A stretch of DNA of 64,000 nucleotides from Halobacteriales archaeon QS_8_69_26 (GCA_003023195.1 PXRX01000022.1:14041-78040), one strand, 5' to 3'; positions 50,997 through 61,551 are shown, counted from the stretch's first letter. Notes: generated by a model from the sequence alone, not told the origin. Numbers and translations are program-made.

Positions 50997-51201
50997 GGTC
51001 GGCCGGACCTACGTGCCGAGCGGCAAAAAACGGTGTCGAACGGATCCGTCGGCGGTACCGTCGGCGTCCTCCGGAGGCCCAAGACGCGAGCCGCCCGGGT
51101 CGGGATCCGAGGCGCCCGGGGAGTGGGATCGCCCGTCTCCCGGCCGGACGGGGTGGGACCGAGTGATTTTTTCGTTTCGGTTCCTATGCGGGGCGTAGGA
51201 G

Positions 51202-53055
51202 ATGAAAACTACAACGACAGTCGTCGCCCTGGTGGTCGTCCTCTCGACGGTCGCAGTCCCCGCCGCGGCCGCCGCTCCGGATACGGGGTCGGAGTCAGTG
51301 GCCACCGGGGTCGCGGAGGGGACCGTCGACGACACGGCGGGTGCCGAGTCGCCCGCCACCCGGACCGATCCGAGTGACACGGACGCGGCGGACGGGTCGT
51401 CTGCGTCGCCGCTGGGAGCGGCCCAGGCGTCGGCCCCGCACGACGACCCGGACGAAGAGAACGAGACTATCGGGTGCGAGGCGTTCGAGGGGTACCGGGC
51501 CTGTGCCGCCGACACCATCCTCGTCGACAACGACGACGGGATCGACCAGGAGGAGCTGACCAAGCTGGTCGCCCGTGCGATGGCCCGCGTCGAGGAGATC
51601 CGTGACATGGAGTTCGGCGACGACTTCGACGTCACCATCCGCTCCCGCGAGGCCTACCGCCGGAACGTCACGGGGACGTACGCCAACATCACCGGTAACG
51701 ACGCCCTCCACCAGAACGTCAAGTACGAGGCGACGTTCATGGTCGGCGAGGACACCGACGCCATCGCCAAGTTGGCGGGCAACCGGGCCGGGTCAGTCCA
51801 GGGGTTCTACAGCCCAAGCGAGGACCAGATCGTCGTCATCTCGAACAACCCCGACGCCCTGGAGATGGACGAGTTCACGCTAGGCCACGAACTGGTCCAC
51901 GCCCTCCAGGACCAGCACTTCAACCTCTCGGACTACAACCGCACGACGGAGGACCGCAACAACGGGATCAACGGCATCATCGAGGGTGACGCCAGTCTCG
52001 TCGAGGACCTCTACCGGGAGCAGTGCAACGGCGACGGCGAGTGGAACGGCACCTGCGTCCGGCCGACCGAGGGCCCCGGCGGCGGCGGTGACATCCACAT
52101 CGGCATCTACCTGATCAGCTTCAGCCCCTACAGCGACGGTCCGGTCCTGGTCAACCAGGTCCGTCAGGAGGGTGGCTGGGAGGCAGTCAACGGCATGTAC
52201 GACGACCCCCCGATCACCTCCGAGCAGGTGATCCACCCGGAGAAGTACCCCGACGAGAAGGGGGCGGAGATACGGATAAACCGCAGTGCCGAGGGACCGT
52301 GGGAGGTCCTGACCCTCGGGAACGACAGCGTCGACTACGCCACGTTCGGCGAGGCGGGCCTGTTCTCGATGTTCTGGTATCCCAGCTACGAGCAGCGTAG
52401 CACGGCCATCGTCGACTACAACGCCCTGTTCGCCGACGCCCGGTTCGACACCTACAACTACGAACACTGGATCACGGACGGCTGGAACGGCGACAAACTC
52501 CTCCCGTTCGTCAGGAACGACTCCGACGGGACCAACGAGACCGCCTACGTCTGGAAGTTCGAGTGGGACACCGAGGACGACGCCGACCAGTTCGTCCGCG
52601 GGTACGAGCGCATGCTGAACTTCCGCAACGCCGAGGCGGTCGACGACCGGGTAAACACCTACGTGATCCCCGAGGACGAACGGTTCGACGACGCCTTCTA
52701 CGTCGAGCGGTCCGGGACGACGGTGGTCGTCGTGAACGCGCCGACCGTCGAGGACCTCTCGAAGATCTATGACGGTGCGGCGCCGCGACCCTCGGACGGG
52801 ACGACCACGACGACGCCGGCGGACACGACGACGACGCCGGCGGACACGACGCCGGCGGACACGACGACGCCGGCGGACACGACGCCGGCGGACACCACGA
52901 CGGCACCGACCACCGAGGCGCCGACCACCACGGACCCAGGGACATCCCCCGGCGGCGACGACGGTGACGGCGGTGGCGTGCCCGGCTTCGGGTTCGCCGT
53001 CGCCCTTCTGGCGATCCTGGCCGGCACCGCGATCGCGGTCCGCCGCCGTCGCTGA
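51202..53055 (+). CDS. Secreted surface protein (Hvo_1808-like) with HExxH motif, Thr-rich linker and PGF-CTERM
   Basis: Signal peptide, HELVHALQDQ, EGDA, (TTPAD)n, VPGFG-TM-RRRR. Confidence 0.88.
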   Translation: MKTTTTVVALVVVLSTVAVPAAAAAPDTGSESVATGVAEGTVDDTAGAESPATRTDPSDTDAADGSSASPLGAAQASAPHDDPDEENETIGCEAFEGYRACAADTILVDNDDGIDQEELTKLVARAMARVEEIRDMEFGDDFDVTIRSREAYRRNVTGTYANITGNDALHQNVKYEATFMVGEDTDAIAKLAGNRAGSVQGFYSPSEDQIVVISNNPDALEMDEFTLGHELVHALQDQHFNLSDYNRTTEDRNNGINGIIEGDASLVEDLYREQCNGDGEWNGTCVRPTEGPGGGGDIHIGIYLISFSPYSDGPVLVNQVRQEGGWEAVNGMYDDPPITSEQVIHPEKYPDEKGAEIRINRSAEGPWEVLTLGNDSVDYATFGEAGLFSMFWYPSYEQRSTAIVDYNALFADARFDTYNYEHWITDGWNGDKLLPFVRNDSDGTNETAYVWKFEWDTEDDADQFVRGYERMLNFRNAEAVDDRVNTYVIPEDERFDDAFYVERSGTTVVVVNAPTVEDLSKIYDGAAPRPSDGTTTTTPADTTTTPADTTPADTTTPADTTPADTTTAPTTEAPTTTDPGTSPGGDDGDGGGVPGFGFAVALLAILAGTAIAVRRRR

Positions 53056-53138
53056 CTGCGACCGACCCTCGTTTTCACCCACCGTCCTGTCTTCAGGTCG
53101 GAGCGCGACGACACCCGGGTATCCGTCCGGCCCGTGGA

Positions 53139-53786
53139 CTAGTCCGCGTAGTTCTCCCGGAAGTCATCGACGATGGCGGCGCCGGAGGAGGCACCGATCC
53201 GTTCGGCCCCGGCGTCGAACATGGCACGGGCGGTCTCGAAGTCGCCGACGCCGCCGCTGGCCTTCACCGGCAGGTACTCGCTCATCAGTTCGACGTCCGG
53301 GACGGTCGCGCCACCGTCGGCGAAGCCGGTGGAGGTCTTGACGAAGTCGGCGTCGGCGGCCTCGGCGGCCGCGCAGGCGGCGTGCTTCTGTTCGTCGGTC
53401 AGCAGGGCGGTCTCGATGATCACCTTGACCGTCACCGGGGCGGCGGCGACGACCCGCTCTATCTCGTCGCGGACGGCGTCCTCGTCGCCCGCCGACAATC
53501 GGCCGACGTTGATGACCATGTCGACCTCCTCGGCCCCGTCCTCCCAGGCGCGTTCGGCCTCGGCGGCCTTGACCGACGGGGCCGTTTGCCCGTGCGGGAA
53601 CCCGATCACCGTCGCCAGGGTCACCTCCGGGGCGTAGTCGGCGGCCTCGGAGACGAAACAGGGCGGGATGCAGGCGTTCATCCCGTAGTCGCTCGCCTCG
53701 TCGAGGACCCGTTCGACGTCGGCGACCGTGGTCTCCGGACCCAGTACGGTGTGGTCGATCCTGGACGCGAGTTCTGCTTCGTCCAT
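53139..53786 (-). CDS. deoC: Deoxyribose-phosphate aldolase
   Basis: [34 protein letters not shown]. Confidence 0.96.
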   Translation of the reverse strand: MDEAELASRIDHTVLGPETTVADVERVLDEASDYGMNACIPPCFVSEAADYAPEVTLATVIGFPHGQTAPSVKAAEAERAWEDGAEEVDMVINVGRLSAGDEDAVRDEIERVVAAAPVTVKVIIETALLTDEQKHAACAAAEAADADFVKTSTGFADGGATVPDVELMSEYLPVKASGGVGDFETARAMFDAGAERIGASSGAAIVDDFRENYAD

Positions 53787-53984
53787 GCGGGTCACTCCAC
53801 GGGCCCGTCCCAAAAATCCGCCCTTCGCCGTCCGCCGCACCGGGACGGGCCCTTCCCCGTCCGGGTCGGCGAGACGATCCCTTCCCGTCCAGCCAGCCGA
53901 GACGACCGAAATCGGACCGTAGCGGCGCCCTTCGGTCCGCTCCCGATCGATACCTTTTCACGGCTCCCGCGAGATTCCACTCGC

Positions 53985-54878
53985 ATGATGGTTTCGGGGG
54001 GGTCGGGCGTGGTCCGGGCGGCGGTCCTCCAGGCCGGCGGGGGGTCGGGGCTGGGGCCGTTCCCGGGTGCGGTCTACACCGTCCCGGTCGTCCTGACGGT
54101 GGTCGGCGGGGCCGTGCTCCTGTTCGCCGTCGACCCCGAGGTCACCGACTGGACGGTCGTGGGACTCGCACCCTGGGTCGCCTCCGGTGCGGCGTTGCAC
54201 GTCCTCTACCAGCAACCGGCGTTCTTCCCGAACGTCCGACCACTGTTCGGGTCGCCGCTGATATACCTGACCACGATCGGGATCACCCTGGTCGCCTGGA
54301 CGGCCTCGTCCGTGGTCGTCGAGATGCGCCCTCCGGACGCCTCCTGTGCCCGACAGCTCGGTGCCGTGGGGACCGGCGTGTTCATCAGCCTGGTCGGGTA
54401 CTCGATCTACATCGCCGCGGCCATCTCGTTCATCCGCCCCCTGTGGCCGGTGCTGGGGTTCGCGCTCGCCGTGATGGGGGCCGCGTTCGCCTGGATCGCG
54501 TTGAGCCTCACGTTCACCGACGTGGCGGCGGTCACCGGCCGGAGCGGCGCACTGGTCGTCTTCGGTCACACCCTCGACGGGGTCTCGACCGCGCTGGGGA
54601 TCGACGTCCTCGGGGTCGAGGAGCGCACGCCCCTCGCCAGGGGACTACTCGACTTCTCTGCGGGGCTCCCGACCGCCGACGTGATCGGCGTCGGGTGGCT
54701 GTTCCTGCTGGCGAAGCTCCTGATCGCGCTGATGGTCGTCATCGCCTTCAAGGAGTACGTCGAGTACCGGCCTACCCAGGCCCGCCTGATACTGGTCCTC
54801 GTCGCGGCGCTGGGACTGGGGCCGGGGATCCACAACCTGCTCCTGTTCACCGTCATCGAGACCGTGGGGATCGTCTAG
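53985..54878 (+). CDS. DUF63-like membrane protein
   Basis: Polytopic, HTLDGVST.GID, LGLGPG. Confidence 0.8.
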   Translation: MMVSGGSGVVRAAVLQAGGGSGLGPFPGAVYTVPVVLTVVGGAVLLFAVDPEVTDWTVVGLAPWVASGAALHVLYQQPAFFPNVRPLFGSPLIYLTTIGITLVAWTASSVVVEMRPPDASCARQLGAVGTGVFISLVGYSIYIAAAISFIRPLWPVLGFALAVMGAAFAWIALSLTFTDVAAVTGRSGALVVFGHTLDGVSTALGIDVLGVEERTPLARGLLDFSAGLPTADVIGVGWLFLLAKLLIALMVVIAFKEYVEYRPTQARLILVLVAALGLGPGIHNLLLFTVIETVGIV

Positions 54879-54973
54879 CCCGGGCATCGGTAGCGCCCCT
54901 CCGGGTGTGACCACTGCCGTGGATACCGCCGACCGATCACCGGACTTTTTTCGGGGCTCGTGGGAGTTGGACC

Positions 54974-55522
54974 GTGCAACTCGCCATCCTTTCCGACACC
55001 CACGTCCCGGAGCGGGCCGACGCCGTCCCCGAGGCGTTCCGCGAGCGCATCGCGGCGGCCGACCACGTGATCCACGCGGGGGACTTCGAGACCCCGGAGG
55101 TGGTCACAGAGGTCCGCGACCTCGCGGCCGACCTCACGGCGGTCCACGGCAACGTCGACCCGAAGGACGTCGGCCTCCCGACGGTCGCGGACGTGACCGT
55201 CGAGGGCGTCACCTTCGTCGTCACCCACGGCACGCTGAATCCGGTCGAGGCCGCCGTCTACGGCCACGACGGCATGGTCATGAGCGCGGAGGACTGGAAG
55301 CGCGCGATCGCCGACACGGCCCGCGCCCGGACCCGCGCCTGGGACGGCGCGAACGTCGTGGGCGTCGGCGGCCACTCCCACGTCGTCGAGGACGACGTAC
55401 ACGAGGGGGTTCGCGTGCTCAATCCCGGCACCGCGACCGGCGCCAATCCGGACGACGACACGACGATGATGACGGCAACGGTCGAGGACGGCGACGTCGA
55501 CGTGACGGCCCACGAGATCTGA
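54974..55522 (+). CDS. Metallophosphoesterase (YfcE/MJ0936-like)
   Basis: SDTH, HAGD, GNVD, HG, GHSH, NPG. Confidence 0.92.
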   Translation: MQLAILSDTHVPERADAVPEAFRERIAAADHVIHAGDFETPEVVTEVRDLAADLTAVHGNVDPKDVGLPTVADVTVEGVTFVVTHGTLNPVEAAVYGHDGMVMSAEDWKRAIADTARARTRAWDGANVVGVGGHSHVVEDDVHEGVRVLNPGTATGANPDDDTTMMTATVEDGDVDVTAHEI

Positions 55523-55580
55523 CGGTTCACGGGATCTATCGGCCCACGAGATCTGACGGTTCACGGGATCTGACGGGATC
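55506..55580. repeat. 34-bp tandem duplication spanning the phosphoesterase stop codon
   Basis: CGGCCCACGAGATCTGACGGTTCACGGGATCT at 55506 and 55540. Confidence 0.92.
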
Positions 55581-55636
55581 CGAACGTCGCCACGGGGATC
55601 CACACCCCTTTTGCCGCCATCGCCTGAAGCCGGGGT

Positions 55637-56333
55637 ATGGCAAAGCAACCGCACCTGCTCGTCGAGGAGGGCGACCTGAACGACGTGGCGCTACTGCCGG
55701 GCGACCCCGGCCGGGTCGACCGGATCGCCGGCCGCTGCGAGGACGTGGTCGAGGTGGCCCGCAACCGCGAGTACAAGGTCGTCAACGCCAGCTACCGGGG
55801 CGCACCCCTGACCATCTGCTCGACCGGGATCGGCTGTCCCTCCGCGGGGATCGCGGTCGAGGAACTCGCGGCGGTGGGCGTCGACACCTTCGTCCGGGTC
55901 GGCACCACGGGTGCCCTCCAACGAGGCATCGAGATCGGTGACATGGTCGTCGCGACCGGCGCGGCCAAGGACGAGGGAACGAGCAAGCGCTACGAGTCGG
56001 CCACCTACCCCGCGGTGCCGGACTACCGCGTCCTCTCGGCGCTCGTGGATTCGGCCGAACTCAACGGCGTCTCCGGATCCTCGTCGGATCCGGAGGCCAG
56101 CGAGACCGCACGCCGGCATCCTCTCGGTGGAGATGGAGGCCGCCACCATCTTCACCCTGGCCCGCCGGAAGGGCCTGCGGGCCGGCGCCATCTGCACCGT
56201 CGACGGCAACCTCGTCGAGGGCACCCAGAAGGGCGAGACCGACGACGAGGAACTCCCCGAGAAGGCCAAGGACAACGTCGAACGCGCGATCCGGATATCG
56301 CTGGACGCCGTCGTCGACCTCCAGGGCGAGTGA
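55637..56333 (+). pseudogene. udp: Uridine/nucleoside phosphorylase with internal deletion and frameshift near 56110
   Basis: PGDPGR, NREY, RVGTTG in one frame; AGILSVEMEAA in another; intervening conserved segment missing. Confidence 0.82.
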
Positions 56334-56339
56334 TCCGGT

Positions 56340-57065
56340 TCAGACTTCCCCGCCGGACCCGGTCCTGAAGTTCCCCAGGTCGACCGACCAGTCGTAGTCC
56401 CGGTAGGACACGGACGGTCGTTCGCCCGCCGGGACCGGCCCGTACCGGCGCAGGTAGTCGTAGATGCCGGACCGGCCGCCGAAGTCGCCCCGGTACCACA
56501 GCAACAGGGGCGGGACCTCGGCCCGTCCGGTCTCCGGGTCGTACTCGACTTCGGAGCCGAGGTAGGACTCGGCCGCCGTTTCCAGTTCCTCGTCTATCCC
56601 GGCCCGGGTGTAGGTGCCGATGGGGGGACAGGAGGCGGCCCCGCAGTTCAGCGCGAAGTGGATCCGCGGGTCCACCTCGTCGACGCGCATCCGCCGCTCG
56701 AAGTCCCCGACGAGGAACTCGGGACGACCGACGTACCCCATGCCGACCGATATCTGTGACCGCCGGAGGACCCCGTGTTCGATCCGGTCCAGCGAGAGGT
56801 CCCGGCCGGCCACCGGGACCTGGTCGGCCCCGAAGAAGCGCCGCTTGCTCCCGTACCCCCCGCGCTCTGCCAGTCGGATCTGGGCGTAGGCGTTGTAGAC
56901 GTTGATCCAGAACGCCTTCCTGGCACCGTCGGTGTCGAGGTCCCCGGCCAGGCGGTCCGGGTCCAGGTCCCGCAGTCGCCGCCGGAGGTCCGCGGTTTCC
57001 CCGCCGGTCCGGACGGCGGACAGCAGGTCGGCGGAGAGTTCCACCGGATCGTCGTCCGACATCAC
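56340..57065 (-). CDS. DUF547 domain protein
   Basis: AFWINVYN, IEHGVLR, DPRIHFALNCGAASCP, WYRGDF. Confidence 0.9.
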   Translation of the reverse strand: MMSDDDPVELSADLLSAVRTGGETADLRRRLRDLDPDRLAGDLDTDGARKAFWINVYNAYAQIRLAERGGYGSKRRFFGADQVPVAGRDLSLDRIEHGVLRRSQISVGMGYVGRPEFLVGDFERRMRVDEVDPRIHFALNCGAASCPPIGTYTRAGIDEELETAAESYLGSEVEYDPETGRAEVPPLLLWYRGDFGGRSGIYDYLRRYGPVPAGERPSVSYRDYDWSVDLGNFRTGSGGEV

Positions 57066-57243
57066 CCCCGGCTACGCGCGGTCGCTCAATAAACGGCAGG
57101 CTACCGGCGGGTTGCTCGGCCACGCCACGCCCGGCCTCGTCCCCGGCGACTCCGGCCGGAGTGGAGCGTCGAGGGCTCCGGCCTGCACCCGGATCTGTCG
57201 GACCGACCCGCCTTTCGTCCGGGACGGTCTCCGGTCGAGTGTC

Positions 57244-57759
57244 ATGCTGGTACGCACTGCAACACACGCGGACAGGGAGCGAGTGACGACGGTTCACGAG
57301 GCGGCGGTCCGGGCCGTCCCGCCCGACGCCTACGACCGCCACCACCTCGACTCGTGGGACCACGGGCGCGACCCGGAGGCCTACCCACTCGACGACCCCG
57401 ACAGGACCGTCCTCGTCGCCGAACGCGAGGGAACCGTGGTGGGATTCGGCCAGGCCCACCACGGCCGGGCGGAGGTCGAGGCGTGCTACGTCCACCCCGA
57501 CCACGCCGGTCGCGGGGTGGGATCGGCACTGCTGGCTGGCCTGGAGGGGCGTCTCGCCGGCACAGGCGCAGAGGCCGTCGACCTGGTGGCCTCGCTGAAC
57601 GCCGTCGGGTTCTACGAGGGGGCCGGCTACGACCGCGTCGAGGCAACGACCGTCGAGGGACGCGACGGCGTGGAACTGCCCTGCGTCCGGATGGAGAAGC
57701 AACTCCGTCCGGTAGACGCCGGCGACGCTGCCCGGGGGTGGGGACGCCTCCCGGTCTGA
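57244..57759 (+). CDS. GNAT acetyltransferase
   Basis: YVHPDHAGRGVGSAL, ASLNAVGFYE. Confidence 0.9.
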   Translation: MLVRTATHADRERVTTVHEAAVRAVPPDAYDRHHLDSWDHGRDPEAYPLDDPDRTVLVAEREGTVVGFGQAHHGRAEVEACYVHPDHAGRGVGSALLAGLEGRLAGTGAEAVDLVASLNAVGFYEGAGYDRVEATTVEGRDGVELPCVRMEKQLRPVDAGDAARGWGRLPV

Positions 57760-57961
57760 GGGATCGACGGTGTGGCCCCGGTGGCTTCCGCCCCGAGGGA
57801 TCGCCGGTACGGTCGTGGGGATGCCGGAGCCGTCGACCGCGAACGGGTCCCGGACCGCCGCCTGGGGGTGGGTCCCGGACCGCCGCCTGGGAGTGGATCC
57901 CGGAGCGGTCGCTCGCCGGCGTGAGGGGCCGAGAACGGGACTGCGGGCGGCGTCTATCGTG

Positions 57962-58246
57962 TCACTCGGCGCGACAGGCGTCGGCCTCGGAGCCGCCGTC
58001 AGCGACGGCCTTCTCGCCGTTGATTTCGTAGAGGCTCTGCCGGGCGTCTGCGAAGTAGACGTCCTCGTCGACGGCGTCTATCTCCTCGAGGCGTTCGAGC
58101 GCGTAGCGGACCGTGCGCGCCGAGAGCATCGACTCCTGGACTATCTGCTTCTGGGTGAGGGGACCGTCGTATTCGAGTACCTTGAAGACCAGCTTCGCGC
58201 TGGGGGGCAGGTCCTCGATCTCCTCTTCGTCGGTGTTTGCCATCAT
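57962..58246 (-). CDS. Small MarR-like HTH regulator
   Basis: LPPSAKLV.KVLE...LSARTVRYAL..L...DARQSLY. Confidence 0.88.
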   Translation of the reverse strand: MMANTDEEEIEDLPPSAKLVFKVLEYDGPLTQKQIVQESMLSARTVRYALERLEEIDAVDEDVYFADARQSLYEINGEKAVADGGSEADACRAE

Positions 58247-58538
58247 TACGAATCGAAACGCTCTACCGGCATAAGTATACAACCCACTCTGTTAGGTATC
58301 CGTTTTCAACTCCCATCGATACCGGGACCGGGGCCGCGATCCTCGGGCGATCCGCGCCCGCCGGAGAGTGGTCCGGGCCGCGAACGACGGACGATCCCAC
58401 GTTCCGCCGGGGAGGGGGACTCCGGGTTCACCGGGGGTCCGACTGGGGTAGTGGACGGCTCGACGGGGATCCCTGGCCCCGTCCACGCCGGACACTGGAA
58501 ACGAACGCCTTTTGCCGGCGTGGCGGGAAGGTGGTCGT

Positions 58539-58868
58539 ATGTCGACCGAGACCGAATCGGGCATCGACCGCGCCCACCTCCGGGGGGTGACGGTCACCGC
58601 CATCGCGGCGCTGTTCGGGGTCGCCGCCGCGGTGGGGTCGTCGGTGATGACCGCCGGCGCCGACCCCACCGTCGCCGCGAACAGCCAGCGCGCCCTGGAG
58701 GTGGTGTTGCTGGCCATCCTCGTCCAGCCGCTGCTGTTGAAGGTGGTGGGACTGCTCAAGGACGACTTCGGGGTCAAGGACTTCCTGTTCATCGCCTTCA
58801 TGACGTTCTCGATGTGGTTCGTCTCCTGGGGCGTCCTGCTCTCGACCGGCGCGGAGATCGCGTTCTGA
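58539..58868 (+). CDS. 3-TM membrane protein, EMC6-like
   Basis: KDFLFIAFMTFSMWFVSW motif; stop 2 nt before the ABCE1 start. Confidence 0.7.
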   Translation: MSTETESGIDRAHLRGVTVTAIAALFGVAAAVGSSVMTAGADPTVAANSQRALEVVLLAILVQPLLLKVVGLLKDDFGVKDFLFIAFMTFSMWFVSWGVLLSTGAEIAF

Positions 58869-58870
58869 CG

Positions 58871-60691
58871 ATGGCCGACGACAGCATCGCGGTCGTCGAA
58901 CTCGACCGGTGTCAACCCGACCGCTGCAACTACGAGTGCAAGAACTACTGCCCCCCCAACAGGACCGGCAAGGAGTGCATCACGCTCCGCGGGGACGAAG
59001 CCGTCGACGGCGACCCGGACCAGGTCCGCATCTCCGAGGAGATCTGTCTCGGTGAGAGCTGTGGCATCTGCGTCGAGAAGTGCCCGTTCGACGCCATCCA
59101 GATCATCAACCTCCCACAGGAACTGGCGGACGACCCGGCCCACCGCTACGGCGAGAACGCCTTCTCGCTGTACGGCCTGCCAGTCCCGGGCGATGGGCGG
59201 GTCACCGGGATCCTCGGCCCCAACGGCATCGGCAAGACCACCGCCGTCCGGATCCTGGCCGGCGAACTCGTCCCGAACCTCGGGGACCACGAGGGCGAGG
59301 CCGACTGGGAGGCGGCCATCGAGGCCTACCGGGGCACCGAACTCCAGGACTACCTCGGGGCAGTCCGCGACGGCGAGGTCAGCGTCTCGCGCAAGCCCCA
59401 GTACGTCGAGCACATCCCCGACCGGTTCGACGGCAACACCCGCCAACTGCTGGAGCGGACGGACGAGCGCGGGGAACTCGACGCCCTGGTCGAGCGCCTG
59501 TCCATCGGCCCCGTTATCGACCAGGCCATCGACGACCTCTCGGGTGGCGAACTCCAGCGTGTCGCCATCGCCGCCTGCCTCGCACGGGACGCCGACTTCT
59601 ACTTCCTCGACGAGATAACGCCGTACCTCGACGTCGGCCAGCGGATGACCGTCGCCCGCCTGGTCCGGGAGATGGCCGACGAGGAGGACCGGTCGATGCT
59701 GGTCGTCGAACACGACCTTGCCATCCTCGACCTGCTGGCGGACTCCCTGCACGTCGCCTACGGCCAGCCCGGTGCCTACGGGGTCGTCACCTCGCCCAAG
59801 AGCGTCCGCAACGGGATCAACGAGTACCTCGCGGGCTACCTGGAGAACGAGAACATGCGGATCCGCCCCGAGGCCATCGAGTTCGAACAGCACGCCCCGC
59901 AGGAGAGCGTCTCCGGCGACGTCGTCGCGGAGTACCCCGACCTGACCTACAGTTACGGACCCGACGCCTTCGAACTGGCCGTCGAATCCGGCGCGATCCG
60001 CGACAACGAGGTGCTGGGCATCGTCGGTCCCAACGGGATCGGGAAGTCCACCTTCGCCGAGATCCTGGCGGGCAACATCCAGCCCGACGGGTTCTCGCTG
60101 GACCTCGACGTCTCCTACAAGCCCCAGTACATCGAGATAGACCAGCCGATGCGCGTCGACGCCTTCCTCTCCTCCATCACCGACGACTTCGGCACCTCCT
60201 ACTGGACCACCGAGATCGCACAGCCCCTGGAACTGGAGCGGATCATGGAACAGAACCTCACCGACCTCTCCGGCGGCGAGCGCCAGCGCGTCGCCATCGC
60301 GGCCTGCCTCTCGGAGGACGCCGACGTCTACCTTCTGGACGAGCCCTCCGCCCACCTCGACGTCGAACAGCGGGTCCTGGCGACGAAGGCGATCCGTCGC
60401 CACGGCGAACGGACCGACGCCACCGTCCTCGTCATCGACCACGACATCTACATGATCGACCTCGTCTCGGACCGCCTGATGGTGTTCGACGGCGAACCCG
60501 CCGTCCACGGCCGCGCCGGCACCCCGCGTGGGATGCGCGAGGGCATGAACGAGTTCCTCTCGAACCTCGAAGTGACCTTCCGGCGTGATCCCCGGGTGGG
60601 GCGCCCGCGGATCAACAAGCCCGGCAGCCAGAAGGACCGCGAACAGAAGCGCGAGGGCGAGTACTACTACGCCCCCGAGGACGCCGCCTAG
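58871..60691 (+). CDS. Ribosome recycling ATPase ABCE1/RLI
   Basis: N-terminal Fe-S Cys motifs, two NBDs (GPNGIGK, LSGGE), GRPRINKPGS. Confidence 0.96.
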   Translation: MADDSIAVVELDRCQPDRCNYECKNYCPPNRTGKECITLRGDEAVDGDPDQVRISEEICLGESCGICVEKCPFDAIQIINLPQELADDPAHRYGENAFSLYGLPVPGDGRVTGILGPNGIGKTTAVRILAGELVPNLGDHEGEADWEAAIEAYRGTELQDYLGAVRDGEVSVSRKPQYVEHIPDRFDGNTRQLLERTDERGELDALVERLSIGPVIDQAIDDLSGGELQRVAIAACLARDADFYFLDEITPYLDVGQRMTVARLVREMADEEDRSMLVVEHDLAILDLLADSLHVAYGQPGAYGVVTSPKSVRNGINEYLAGYLENENMRIRPEAIEFEQHAPQESVSGDVVAEYPDLTYSYGPDAFELAVESGAIRDNEVLGIVGPNGIGKSTFAEILAGNIQPDGFSLDLDVSYKPQYIEIDQPMRVDAFLSSITDDFGTSYWTTEIAQPLELERIMEQNLTDLSGGERQRVAIAACLSEDADVYLLDEPSAHLDVEQRVLATKAIRRHGERTDATVLVIDHDIYMIDLVSDRLMVFDGEPAVHGRAGTPRGMREGMNEFLSNLEVTFRRDPRVGRPRINKPGSQKDREQKREGEYYYAPEDAA

Positions 60692-60801
60692 CGGCTCTCT
60701 TCCTCGCCGGCTCCGTGGTTCGATCCCGCCGGTGAGTCGGTGGTTCGATCCCCGAGAGTCGCCGCCCGAGACGTTTTCTTTCTCCGGTCGTAGCTACACG
60801 C

Positions 60802-61119
60802 ATGCAACTCCCCAACCGGGAGGGAACGCCGGTGGACCCCGTCCCCTTCCTCGTGGTGACGGCCACGGCCTTCGCCACCTGCTTCGCGTTCGGGCCGGCG
60901 TACTTCACGACCCTCGGGGTGGGGATCCGGGGTGCGCTCCTGGTCTCGGGGGTCGCCTTTCTCGGGGCCACCGCCGCGAGCTACTACCGGTTCGTCTGGA
61001 CCGCAGGGGCGGAGAGACGCGCCGAGGTACCGGTGGCCTCCCGGTACCGGCGACTCGTCCTGGTCGTGGCGGTCGGTCTCGCCCTCGTCGTGTTGCTCGC
61101 GCTCCCCCTGGTGTTTTAG
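60802..61119 (+). CDS. Hypothetical membrane protein
   Basis: VDPVPFLVV, 3 TMs. Confidence 0.7.
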   Translation: MQLPNREGTPVDPVPFLVVTATAFATCFAFGPAYFTTLGVGIRGALLVSGVAFLGATAASYYRFVWTAGAERRAEVPVASRYRRLVLVVAVGLALVVLLALPLVF

Positions 61120-61146
61120 GCCTCCCGGTGCCTCTGGCAACGACGA

Positions 61147-61551
61147 ATGCACGAGGTCGAGGTTTCAGGGTTCGTCCAGGCCACCCCCACGGAGGTCGAG
61201 CGTGCACTCTCGCCGGCGAGGATCGTCGAGTACGAGGGGAGCTTCCAGGTCGAGGACGTGACCGAGACCGGGTCGGGGTGGCTGGTGACGGTGTCCGGTG
61301 GCGGCCTCGAGTTCACCGTCCGGTTCGAGCCACGCGAGGACGGGTACCACTACGACCAGGAGGGTGGCCCCCTGGAGACCATGGAGACGACGCTCACCTA
61401 CGAACCCGAGGACGAGGGAACCCGGGTACGACTCCGGTCCCGGGTGAGCATGGGGTCGCCACCGGCGGCGATCACCGACCGGTTCGCCGGCTGGAAGCGC
61501 CGTGGCGAACTCCGACGAGCCCTGTCGAATCTGGCTGCAGACGTCGAGTGA
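61147..61551 (+). CDS. SRPBCC family protein
   Basis: Size and beta/alpha pattern, GPLETMET, WKRRGELRRAL. Confidence 0.75.
   Translation: MHEVEVSGFVQATPTEVERALSPARIVEYEGSFQVEDVTETGSGWLVTVSGGGLEFTVRFEPREDGYHYDQEGGPLETMETTLTYEPEDEGTRVRLRSRVSMGSPPAAITDRFAGWKRRGELRRALSNLAADVE

Noticed and set aside
1161..60508. Many long alternate-frame or antisense ORFs (e.g. 18475-21456, 24668-27322, 58292-60508)
   Set aside because: Arg/Pro/Gly-rich shadows of real genes, expected at this GC content; no family motifs.
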